Shown piece after piece: positions 21,389 through 33,703 of a stretch of DNA of 41,047 nucleotides. This DNA comes from Octopus sinensis (lineage: Eukaryota): the NCBI RefSeq assembly GCF_006345805.1, contig NW_021836813.1:1-41047 (forward strand), written 5' to 3'. The first letter of the stretch is position 1, and each line of letters begins with the position of its first letter. The position numbers were made by a program, and so were the translations under genes. Under the pieces are notes generated by a model, which was not told the DNA's origin, searched no databases, and saw only the letters and a program-made list of their open reading frames with translations.

Positions 21389-22539
21389 TTGTGTGTATAA
21401 GGTGATTTTCGATTTTATATATTATCAGGTTAAACGTATATTTCCATTAACTTTTCATTCAAAAATTTTCATATATCTTTGTTTACTTTTCGAAATGAAA
21501 TGCCATTTTAACATTTTGGTAAAAAAAACCCACCAAAACTTTGAGAGATAAATGTGAAAAATTACTATGTATTTTCGAAGAAAATGTATAACGCAAGTAC
21601 TATGGTTTATTTTCTATATAAAGTTTAAAATATCAAAATATATCCAGTAGATATCGTGATTTACTTGAAATACCGAAGAAACAAAATATTGTTAATTTTA
21701 AAAGCACGAACACTATAAAGAGAGAGGAGAGTGGATATATGAAAGTATAAGTCTGTAGTGATTTATATAAGAGATATGCGGAGAAAGGGAGAGAGAGAGA
21801 GAGAGAAAAGAGAGAGAAAGAGAGAGAGGTGAGGGAAAGTGAGAGATAGATAGACAAACAAATAGATAGATACATATAAAGAGAGAACATCTAGGTAACT
21901 AATTAGTGTTTAATTAGAAGCAACATAAAAATATCCAGTTTATTGTTGTGTGTGTGTGTGTGTGAATTTTTCTTTTAGGATTTCCGTGTTTCAAACGACT
22001 GGAATTACCATTACCTAAAATAAATTTTTATCCAAAATTCCATTTGTTGTCACTCTTGCACACTCACGGAATAGGAACATTTTGTGATCCTGGATTTATA
22101 TGTGTACATACAATACAATATATACATGCATTTATGCATACATACATACATTTATATTTGTATGTATGTATACCTGTATTATTACTAAAATACAATACCA
22201 TAACCTCATATAATCCGAATTTGTTTCGTGGAAGAAGTTGGAAACCAGTCCAGCAATTATCAGAGGCGGCTGAATGGAATAGTATGGTATGAACTCTTTA
22301 CAACTGGAGGCCTGAAGATGTCGCATCCCGTGCGTGGATTTTATGGCTGTTGTAAAACAAAACAAAAAAAAAATATAAAACGAATGAAAAATATATAACT
22401 TATTGGTGTTAAGTCCCTTAGATAGTAATCACACTAGGTCACCTCGATATGCAAGACATTTTCTTAAAGGAGACTGAGTTGAGAGAGGGTGCGGCTGAAG
22501 CTGCAGCACGGAGTTAATTTTAAAATTATGCATGGTCGT

Positions 22540-23760
22540 GGATATATGTATGTGATTGTATATCAACGTTGGGTGTGGTAAATCTTATACTAATTCCTCG
22601 GATTGCATCAAGTAGAAACACCCATGGGTGAACTCCAACCTTTTACGAAAGTATATCTGCACTTATGAAGGCAGGGACTTCACTTTCACAGAGTAGATAA
22701 GTGTATGGTTCTGCTCTCAATCAACAAAGCCTGCCATTCTTACTAGGGGCTTTAATTTTCTAGGAACCTCCACTTCTTGTAAAGTACAGTGTTTTCCTTC
22801 AATGTCCATATATGCCTCGCTGGAGTTGTGGCATTTCGTCTTCCATGGATATTAGATGAGAACTTCTGACTGTTGAATAAATTTCTGAAGAGGTCTTCTT
22901 TCACATCCACCTATTTTCGCACGTTCGTCACTCCACTGAGATCCTTTGACACCGCCTCCGCTTCATACACAATAGTTTCTGCATCATTACCTCAGCATTC
23001 GCAGCCTATTTCTGTTTTAGATCTGGGGCCAGCTTCCTAACATTTTCTTTATGCAAGATGCGTAGTTAAAAGAGACCTTCAAAGTATGATTATTAAATAT
23101 CTTCCTGTATCTGTGTATCTATTTATCTAGTTATATATTTCTTGTGTCTAGTTGTCAACTAAACTCAGGAAGATTCTGCCTACACAAGGTTTTACATTTG
23201 GGGAAAATGGGATCGTAAACCAAATAATCTTACGATAGCATTTTCTCTTAGTAGGATTAGGGCTTGGTATATATTAGTTATTACAGCTAATTTTATTCTT
23301 CAGTCCAATGAAGGCCAGAGGCTATGACGTCGAAGATCCACATATTCAAAGTCAGGTTAGAGACTGTTCTGCTAAGAACCATTCACTAGATTCCTGAAGA
23401 TTATGGCTTGCATGGCAGAAAGTTCCATTAATAAATATCAGTCCTTTATTCGGTTTCCGAAAAGGTAGATGCCAGTGTTTAGATTTGATGTGACATTCAG
23501 GAAACCAATAATTTCCAGGCTGGTTTCTATTGTGACAATGACCCCAAGAGAATGATGGGTATGGGTTAGATCCTACGCAAGCTTTTCGAAAGTACGGATG
23601 TTTGTCCTTTTTGATATTGTGAAGGCACTGTCCCTAAAGTGGTTAAAGCTAATTGAAGCAAACTTCTTACTAAGTATTCCCAAAGTAAAAGATATATAGT
23701 GCCACAGACATCAGCAATTTCGAATACTCCCATCGCAACATCAATGGAGCCTTCCAAGTC
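22540..23760 (-). mobile_element. Decayed Penelope-like element of a second type (RT C-terminal half + GIY-YIG)
   Basis: Minus strand: [14 protein letters not shown] (DVxMGxFDxAE-type RT), IIGFLNVTSNLNTGIY..FRKPN, RKCYRKIIWF, IFNNHTLKVSF, IVYEAEAV...NATTPARHIWTLKEN...KWRFLE, with many stops and frameshifts. Confidence 0.7.
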
Positions 23761-23761
23761 A

Positions 23762-23762
<1 letters not shown>

Positions 23763-23848
<86 letters not shown>

Positions 23849-23929
23849 TTACCTGTCTGTCTTTCTGTCTGTCTCCCTCTCTCTCTCGTTCTCTCTCTCT
23901 CTCTCTCTCTTTATATATATATATATATA
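23763..23929. repeat. (TATC)n-(TC)n-(TA)n microsatellite
   Basis: Directly visible. Confidence 0.95.
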
Positions 23930-24677
23930 GGCGACTCCAGGTTGTCAGTGTCATTCGGGCTCATCACAGATTGGGCATGCGCTTTATTTCCAGCCCCAAA
24001 TAGATTATTTTTTAATATCTCGCACGCTATTTCTTTCTCCATTTCTAAGTTAAGGATAACAACAAAACAACCCCGCAAAACATAACAGATCTTTATACAC
24101 AGGCGCACAGAATAACAGTAATCAAATAACGATAGCAGAGTGCACAACAAACATCAACGATCTGACTGTTAACTGTATTCTTGACAAGAGATGTCAGTTA
24201 GTGATTTACAGTGATCAGGCTCGTTCGTATTAGCCCGAGTTGCTGGATAATTTTTCATTCCTTTAAGAATATTGTAGAACGGAAACTTTTCACAGATTGG
24301 AATTTAAATTCCAATCTCTATAGAAATTTATTGTTTCAAGAGAACAGTGAATTTAAATTATTTTTAATTTTTAAGATTATAGATAACAACTAGAAGTGTA
24401 ACTTTTGAGCCCGAGTCAGGCGCGTGTGAACGATGTCGGGAGAACGTCTGCTGCGAAATATATTTTTTGATACAGGACACCTCTAAGACGAGTACCAGAC
24501 TCTGAAAGAAAATAAATGAATTGCCACCAGGGTCAATAAAAGGAGCCTGATTTATTGGCTGCAATTGTATACTTGGAGTCAGTGTTGACAGAAATTAAAT
24601 CAACTTCAAAATACACGTTCACTTTAATAAAGTTATACTCAGGCTAAGCCCGAACAGCCCGAGTGCCGGAGTCACCA

Positions 24678-24680
<3 letters not shown>
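23930..24680. mobile_element. Candidate non-autonomous CACTA/EnSpm-like element in a (TA)n site
   Basis: The right end reverse-complements to CACTGGTGACTCCGG and the left end reads GGCGACTCCAGG (lacks CACT). GCCCGA is repeated at 23955 (inverted), 24233, 24409, 24648 and 24657. (TA)n lies on both sides. Confidence 0.4.
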
Positions 24681-24756
<76 letters not shown>

Positions 24757-24757
24757 G

Positions 24758-24790
<33 letters not shown>

Positions 24791-24844
24791 TTGTGTGTGT
24801 GTGTGTGGTGTGGTGTGTGTGTGTGTGTGTGGTGTGGTGTTATG

Positions 24845-24888
<44 letters not shown>

Positions 24889-24950
24889 TACATACATACA
24901 CACACACACACACACAAACACATATATATATAATATATATATATATACAT
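24681..24950. repeat. (TA)n/(TG)n/(CA)n compound microsatellite
   Basis: Directly visible. Confidence 0.95.
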
Positions 24951-24959
24951 GCACACACC

Positions 24960-25210
24960 CACAAATCTATATTTTTAAAATCCGTATATTTTCTGATAGT
25001 GAAAAATTTTCTTAACTGTTTTAGTGAATATATTTTTGTGCACATTATAGCGGTATTTAAAGGATGTCGATGTTGAGTCGATATAATATCTATTGCTAGC
25101 TTGGGTAACAGACCAGAAATGGAATATTACATTATTTATGAGACACTTACTTTCAAGGGGACACTCAGTGGACGTTGTCCAGTTAAATGAAATTGAGTTT
25201 TTCACAGAGT
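24960..25210 (-). mobile_element. PLE GIY-YIG endonuclease fragment (same type as 22540-23760)
   Basis: ORF 24975-25205: CPLESKCLINNVIF...[19 protein letters not shown], matching the CPLxxxCL...YIGxTxxxFKxRYxxH pattern. Confidence 0.7.
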
Positions 25211-25837
25211 CTTAGAAGGCCCAGCAAATTATTTTCCCGCTTCATTCAAGTTATTTTTCTACAAAATGTTTTTGTTTATATTCCTAATTCATTTATGTTT
25301 TTTTTGTAACTAACATTAAAGAAAAACGTAGCAAGATATAATGCTTCTTACGCAAGAAACTAAAAACAAACATCGCTATGACTTACTGTGAGATACTAAT
25401 GAAGAACTTTCTTCCCAAGCATAAATGTTATAGTATCTTTATTACGTTTACGGTAAAATTCTCATTCTCAACAACACTTAACCCAGCTGATAACATTGAC
25501 AACTCCGAATATCTTTGAAATTAACAAGTACACCAAATGCAACCTTAATACTGGGCGTAGCATAAACACTTACTTATCTATATTGTAAAGGAAACTGAAA
25601 CTGATAAAAACGCCGCTGCTTAATATAAGCTAAGCAATAATAAGTGAATAAAAGAATAGTGATTTAAGCCCCTTAAGCACTCAACCTTAATGAAAATGTG
25701 AGACAAGATAAAGCCAACCATTCAAAGAATAAGGCAGGATGAATGCTATACGCTTTACTCGTACAAATCCAAGAATTAGGAGTATTAACAAGGTTGCAAG
25801 ATTTTCTACTTTTAAACCCAACAATGGTTTAAAAGTA

Positions 25838-26002
25838 GCTGGTGTGTTTATGTCCCCGTAACTTAGCAGTTCGGCTAAAGAGACCGATAGAATAAGTACT
25901 AGGCTCACAAAGAATATGTCGTGAGGTCGATTTGCTCGACTAAAGGCGGTGCTCCAGCATAGCCACGGTCACATGACTGAACCAAGTAGGAGTAAAAGAG
26001 TA
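25838..26002 (+). mobile_element. SINE S2, 3' half
   Basis: gctggtgtgtttatgtccccgtaacttagcagttcggc...ggcggtgctccagcat...gactgaaccaagtaggagtaaaagag. Confidence 0.85.
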
Positions 26003-26046
26003 TGCCTATGTGCATGTATATACATATTAGATTGATATATATATAT

Positions 26047-26147
<101 letters not shown>

Positions 26148-26383
26148 ACCATCTATATACGGAAATATGGGTGTAGATACATACACATATATGTGTGTGT
26201 GTGTGTGCATGTTTGTATGCCATCGTGTGTCTGGGTGTGTATGTTGCATGTTATGAACAGAGATATACCCAGGCAAACACAAAAACAAAGGCAAACACTT
26301 TTACAAGCACATACGCACGAGAACGCACACAAGAGCACGCACACACACACACATACAAGAATACACGCGCGCGTACGCGCACG

Positions 26384-26415
<32 letters not shown>

Positions 26416-26519
26416 CACGCACACACACATCATAAATGCTCCTGCTCCTTTAAAAACTAGCTTATGAGAACTGTTTAGGTGTCACCATGTGTTACCAAAG
26501 CCCTATCACTGTCGTACAC

Positions 26520-26900
26520 AGAACTGAACTTCACGCCTCCCTAAGTGACGTCAACAGCATTATGTCTAACCCGTTTGACGTATAAGCTTCCATTTTCCGC
26601 CATCTTGCTTCTGCCCAAAACCAGAACATTTTGACGTCTGACTAAAAACTATGGCGAGTTTGGAATGTCTGGGTTGGCAAAAGTTAAAGCTGGTTAACGT
26701 TAGAATATTCCAGGTGTTTGTTGACTGGGAAAACGGTTCATGATTTGGAAATAGTTCAATGTGAAAAGGGAACGCGTTTACATATGCAAATTTTTTTTCG
26801 AGAAAGCTCGATTGTGTGAAGCTGATGTTGTTTAACCCCTGGTCAGATCAAATGGATAGTAGTTCTATAATCAAAGATGATTCTTACATTGGAGAAAAAG
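26520..26900. promoter_or_regulatory. Candidate promoter / first-exon island
   Basis: Locally CpG-rich. Full CRE TGACGTCA at 26546-26553, TGACGT at 26576 and 26632, YY1-type CCGCCATCTT at 26597-26606, divergent ATGGCG starts (minus strand near 26603, plus strand at 26651). Confidence 0.4.
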
Positions 26901-27079
26901 GTAGGGATATATTTCGAAGCGATTTCAGTACAAATTCTTTTAGCCAGAACATATGTCGGGAGGGAGAAAGGAAGACGGCGAGATGTATGCATAAACAGAA
27001 AGATAGATACACACACAAAAAAAAAACATACGTACACACACACACACGCATACACACGCACACACGCACAAGATCCAAG

Positions 27080-27402
27080 TGTCGAGGTGTAGGAAGAAAG
27101 TTAGCTTCAAGCAAACCTTAGAAAATATAAAAACAACTTTCAGAGTCAATAGTGTATTACAGAAACAGTAGGTTGACGATTTTTTTCTTATCGAAGAACG
27201 ATAAATTGAAAAAAGTTCTTTTTATGTTTCACGGTAGGCGACCAAGATTGACGAGTATGCGAAAAAGAATACAAAAGTCGAGGAATGGAATAGATAAGAT
27301 CAAGGCTACGTATATTTCATAGCGAGCGGAACCTCAGGAGTGGGAAATATCCAAGCGAGGTGTATGCACCAGGCTACTCTTGAGGCCAAGGTTATCTTGA
27401 TA
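27080..27402 (-). mobile_element. Second copy of the hammerhead-bearing pLTR-like repeat seen at 282-600
   Basis: Collinear similarity, e.g. cgaggtgtaggaagaaNgttagcttcaagcaa and tttcatagcgagcggaacctc. Contains HHR-like copy C at 27301-27391. Confidence 0.8.
27301..27391 (-). ncRNA. Hammerhead-like motif, degenerate copy C
   Basis: ccttggc-CTCAAGA-gtagc-...-gctat-GAAAT-atacgta-gccttg. Confidence 0.55.
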
Positions 27403-27455
27403 AAATGGAGGTTTACGCTGTCCCAAAGAAGAACATGTTAACACATGGAAGATTC

Positions 27456-27486
<31 letters not shown>

Positions 27487-27642
27487 GTATGTATGTATGT
27501 ATGTATGTATGTATGTATGTATGTATGTATGTATGTACATATGTATGTATGTGTGTGTGTATATGTATGTGTATTTATTTATATAGATGTAGATATGTAT
27601 ACATATATATGTGTGTATATATCGTAACGTATATTTGCCATT

Positions 27643-27755
27643 TGAATATGGCTAACCCCTAAGGGTGGATGCTACTGTAGTTTGTAGCCCCAGGAAGACA
27701 CCTCCTCCAGCTGGCTATAGACACACTTTCTGTGCCCTATCTCGCTGAGATTTAT
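27643..27755 (+). mobile_element. Fragment related to the interior of the Helitron-type element at 35899-36293
   Basis: aatatggctaacc...agggtgNNNNtactgtag is shared with about 35985-36025. Confidence 0.45.
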
Positions 27756-27777
27756 CATTGTGTGTATATGTATATAA

Positions 27778-27828
<51 letters not shown>

Positions 27829-27907
27829 CATTTATATATCGACAGAGAAAGGAGAGAATCATGTACCAAAAGAAATACAGAGATACACACCTAGACATAT
27901 ATATATA

Positions 27908-27956
<49 letters not shown>

Positions 27957-28340
27957 GAAATCTAACTAAAATGATGGTGAGATAGATCAGTGAGTCAATT
28001 AATACAGAGATGTAGCTTACTAATATTGTAACGAACGAATCAAGGCCAAAATCTATAATATTTCACACGTCAATGGGTTCCTGCGGGAGCAAATTTATTT
28101 CTACATACATTACTATATGCACACACACACATATATATATATATATATGTATTTTCACATATATATGCATATACATAAATCCACACACACGCACACAAAA
28201 ATACAAATTCATGTATGATTAGCTATCCATGCATATATACATATACAAACACGCATGATACATGATGTATATATATGTATATAAATAAATATATTTCTGC
28301 ATGTAAACATATAGATCTATGAATATATATCTATATATAT

Positions 28341-28372
<32 letters not shown>

Positions 28373-28424
28373 GCGTATATATATATGTGTGTGTGTGTGT
28401 ATATTTATAGTGTTTATATGTATG

Positions 28425-28468
<44 letters not shown>

Positions 28469-28843
28469 TATATGTATATATAAATATCATATATTCATTA
28501 TATATACATATATATATATAATATATAGACAGATATGTATGTATATATATATATCTGTATAATACGCACACAAATATAAATATAGGCATATTGTATATAC
28601 ATATATACATATATATGTGTATATTTATGTATGTATATACATATATATTTATATATATATACATACATTTACATATACCTGTACATACATGCACTTATAC
28701 ATGTATATTCTATAATTTTAATAATGTGTTCATATAGATATATATCCATATATGTACATATATATATATCTTCATCTGCATATGCATGTATATACATACG
28801 AATAAACATATAAACAGACAGACAGACACACACACACCACACA

Positions 28844-28876
<33 letters not shown>

Positions 28877-29151
28877 TATACATGAAAACAAATGTACATA
28901 AATATATATACGCAATATATATGCAACAACAGATATATAAATATGCACGTATATGCATGTAAATGTAAGTACATGCATCTGCATATATACAACCTTGTAA
29001 TATATATATATATATGTGTTGTGTGTGTATGTGTGAGTGTATATATATTCAGATATAAGTATATAATATATACACACACACACATATATAAATACACAAT
29101 ATATATAAATATGTATATGTGTATATGTATATACATATATATATACTTAAA

Positions 29152-29225
<74 letters not shown>

Positions 29226-29281
29226 TATAATATATATGTATATACATATATACATACATTTATATATATTTGTGTATTATA

Positions 29282-29327
<46 letters not shown>

Positions 29328-29377
29328 CATATATCTGATTATATACACAACACCACACACACACACACACAACACAT

Positions 29378-29430
<53 letters not shown>

Positions 29431-29456
29431 TCAGATATATGAAATATATAATATAT

Positions 29457-29508
<52 letters not shown>

Positions 29509-29946
29509 CAAGGGTTGTATATATGCAGATGCATGTACTTACATTTACATGCATATACGTGCATATTTATATATCTGTATGTGCATATATATTGCGTATA
29601 TATATTTATGTACATTTGTTTTCATGTATATCTGTGTGTGTGTATGTCTTTGAGTGTATTGATAGTTTGACATATATGCGTATGTATATATTGAAACGCA
29701 TGCGTGTGTATAATACAGCTAAATATAAATTCATATACTATATAATATTATGAATATTTAAATGCATAAACGCGAGCACTCACACATACACACACACGTG
29801 CGCGCGCAGATACACACACACACGTACACTGATGCAAAACCAATATAAATGCAGATATATAAGTATAGATTTGTGGATATTAAGACGAGTAAAATATAAG
29901 TATATAAAACATATGTTTACATATGTATATATACACTTACATATAG

Positions 29947-29988
<42 letters not shown>

Positions 29989-30049
29989 TATTTAGATATT
30001 CATGAATGAACGAGTATTCATACAAATTTAACTGCACATATGCATCTAC

Positions 30050-30095
<46 letters not shown>

Positions 30096-30134
30096 TACAT
30101 ATATATGTGCATATATGTACATATATATATACAG

Positions 30135-30189
<55 letters not shown>

Positions 30190-30500
30190 GTATATACACA
30201 TGCACACACACACACACAACACACCACACACATATATATATATATATATTTATATATATATGTACATGCATACATACACATGCATACTTAAGTTTTTAAA
30301 AAATATACGCGACATAATATACATGTAATCAATACTCAAACACCTACAGATATTTAAATATATTCTATGTACCTATAAGTATGCATATATGCACATACAA
30401 TATATATATTCATGTATAAACACTAATACATAACATACATACATATATATATATATATATTGTATATATATATGTATAATATATATATATATATATAGAT

Positions 30501-30538
<38 letters not shown>

Positions 30539-30881
30539 ATATATATATATATAATAAGAGTAACAAGAGAAGACAGAGAGACGGCGAGACGGAGAAACAA
30601 GGAAAATGCCCCTTCTATTTGAATACTATGCAAATATTCTTTTAAAATCTCTCTTTTAATTTTTTCCAAAATTTAATGTTTATTTTCTTTTACATTTTTA
30701 GTTGAAAAAGTCTCAATGACTGAAACCGTTACTGAAATGTCTTTTATTAGACTATTTTAGCATTTTCTACATTGAGTTTTTTTCTATACCTATATATACA
30801 CATATATACGTATAAAACATATGTACATTATGTATGTATGGTTGTATATATATGTGTATGTATGCATATGTGTATATATGT

Positions 30882-30913
<32 letters not shown>

Positions 30914-31077
30914 TACACACATACACACAAACACACACATATATATATATATATAGATATAATATATATACTGACACACACATATATATACGTCTGCGCG
31001 CATGTGTGTGTATGAGTTCGTGTATATGCGTGTGTTCTGTGTGTGGATCGAGTATGTATGCACGTACAGATATATAG

Positions 31078-31114
<37 letters not shown>

Positions 31115-31285
31115 ATATTATCTATATATATATATATTATATATATATATATATAGATATATATGTATAATTATATATATATGTGTATTGTATAATAGTG
31201 TATATGTATATATTATATAGGTATATATATATATATAATATTATATATATATATAGATATATATATATATATCTATATATATATG

Positions 31286-31323
<38 letters not shown>

Positions 31324-31371
31324 TATGTGTGAAAACAATTCATTTACGTATGAATGTTTTTTATTATTTTT

Positions 31372-31527
31372 TATGCGCCCTTTTCAAGCCTAGGGCCGGT
31401 TTCCCGGTTCTGTGGCGGACGTGTTCCCCCCCAGTGGACGGGACGCCAGTCCATCGCAGCGTTACACAAGAAACAGGAAGAGAGAGTGAGAGAAAGTTGG
31501 GCTAAAGAGTACAACAGGGGTTGCCAC
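31372..31527 (-). mobile_element. SINE family S3, 3' portion (tail variant 1)
   Basis: Minus strand gtggcaacccctgttgtactctttagcccaactttctctcactct aligns with 35563-35619, then has a different tail. Confidence 0.75.
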
Positions 31528-31621
31528 TGGCTCATTGCGCTCCATGTATGTACTGTACACATGCATACACACACACACACACACAACACACACACACACA
31601 CGAACACACACACACATATAT

Positions 31622-31654
<33 letters not shown>

Positions 31655-31774
31655 ATATATATATTTAATATATCTATATCTATATGCATATATATACATG
31701 TATATATATATAAATGTCCATACACTAGAGTTATATATGGGTGTCGATATGCATGTATATTTCTATGCGTATAT

Positions 31775-31945
31775 GAGTGGTAAGTAGCTTGCTTCTCACC
31801 CACGTGCTTCTGGGTTCAATCCCAGTGCGTGGCACCTTAGGCAAGTGTCTTCTGCTATAAACTCGGGCCAATTAAATGAGCGCATTTGATGGATGGCAAT
31901 TGGTAGAAGCCCGTCGCATATATCTATAGATACATACATACATAT

Positions 31946-31979
<34 letters not shown>

Positions 31980-32178
31980 TTGTGTGTGTCCATCGCTTGA
32001 CAACTGACGCTAGTGTGTTTATGTGCCCGAAATGTAGCGGTTCGGCAGAAAAGTCCGATGGAATAAGTACTACGCTTACAAAGCCTATGTTGTGGGGTAG
32101 ATTTCTTCGACTAGCCCTCTTTAATGCGTTTCCCCTGCATGGCCGCAGTCAAATGAGTTAAACAATTAAAAGAATTTA
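31775..32178 (+). mobile_element. SINE S2, near full length, diverged
   Basis: gtggtaagtagcttgctt...gggttcaatcccagtgcgtggcacctt...gtagcggttcggcag...gcatggccgcagtcaaatga. Confidence 0.85.
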
Positions 32179-32184
32179 AAAAAA

Positions 32185-32225
<41 letters not shown>

Positions 32226-32241
32226 TGTATATATATATATC

Positions 32242-32279
<38 letters not shown>

Positions 32280-32320
32280 TTATATATATATACATATACT
32301 TATGTAAATATATACTTGTA

Positions 32321-32358
<38 letters not shown>

Positions 32359-32547
32359 TATTATATATACTAAATATATATATATATAATATATATATAT
32401 ATATACTTACACATATATCTATATTTATATATATATACATGTGTGCCTGTGTATGTGTGTTTATGTGCGTGCATGTGTATATATGTATACATATATATAA
32501 ATATACATAAAAAGTTACATATACATGCACATAAAGTTATACACACA

Positions 32548-32584
<37 letters not shown>

Positions 32585-32790
32585 ATATATATATATATTA
32601 TATATAGCACACAGGCTCACATATAGATATACATACACATTCATACTTTTGCATGTAATATATATAAGGGCAATGTATGTGCACTTACATATATACATGT
32701 TTACGTATATATAAATATCGATTATATACATATATAAATACATACATATATATATATGTATATATGTGTTATATATAAATATATATAACC

Positions 32791-32997
32791 TCACAATCAG
32801 GAACGGCATAATAGGCCATTCACCCACTAGAAATAACAGCCAAAGCTTCAACCGCAAAATAACATTAATTCCGCAAACCAGGAGAAATATTATAAAAAAA
32901 CATTTCTGGTTTGCGAATTAATGTTATTTTGCAGTTGAAGCTTTGGCTGTTATTCTAGTGGTGTGAATGGCCTATTATGGCCGTTCCTTGATTGTGA
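32791..32997. repeat. Long inverted repeat / hairpin (about 95-bp arms, about 13-20-nt loop)
   Basis: The left arm tcacaatcaggaacggcataataggccattcacccactagaaataacagccaaagcttcaaccgcaaaataacattaattccgcaaacca pairs with 32902-32997 with only a few mismatches or 1-nt indels. Confidence 0.92.
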
Positions 32998-33419
32998 TGT
33001 TGAACTTATAAATGGTCTATGACTCTTTAATTTTTTGCCACTAGGGCCGCTGGTGGCAAAAAAAATTCTACAAAATTTTTGGCACCCTATATTGATTATT
33101 TATAAATATATATATATATAGATATATATATATATATATATAGATATATATATATATATATATAATATAAATATATATATATAATATATATATATCATAT
33201 ATAATATATATATATATATATGTTTAATTGCGTATATGTTTTTGCAGAAAGAAGAAGGATATTTTAGTGACCGCTTCGCGATTCACTATTCAATGTTCAT
33301 TATAGATTGTTCTATCTGTTTCTTTCATTACGTCACCTTTACTTCACATTATCTTTGTTGAAATATTTTCTAGGAAAATAAATCAAATGTGCTCGAGAGT
33401 GCAGTGATATGTATATATT

Positions 33420-33421
33420 CA

Positions 33422-33494
<73 letters not shown>
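33420..33494. repeat. (TATC)n microsatellite
   Basis: Directly visible. Confidence 0.95.
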
Positions 33495-33495
<1 letters not shown>

Positions 33496-33653
33496 GAGTT
33501 CAAATTCCGCCGAGGTCGACTTTGCCTTTCATCCTTTCGGGGTCGATAAATTAAGTACCAGTTACACATTGGGGTCGATGTAATCGATTTAATCCGTTTG
33601 TCTGTCTTTGTTTGTCCCCTCTGTGTTTAGCCCCTTGTGGGTAGTAAAGAAAT
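33495..33653 (+). mobile_element. SINE S1, 5'-truncated, low divergence
   Basis: gagttcaaattccgccgaggtcgactttgcctttcatcctttcggggtcgataaattaagtaccag...ccccttgtgggtagtaaagaaata; reverse complement of 6830-6995. Confidence 0.9.
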
Positions 33654-33669
33654 ATATCTATACATACAT

Positions 33670-33703
<34 letters not shown>

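Larger units (their letters stand above)
27760..32780. repeat. About 5 kb region dominated by (TA)n/(CA)n/(TG)n low-complexity DNA with embedded SINE fragments
   Basis: Directly visible; source of most IY/HT/CV ORFs. Confidence 0.95.
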
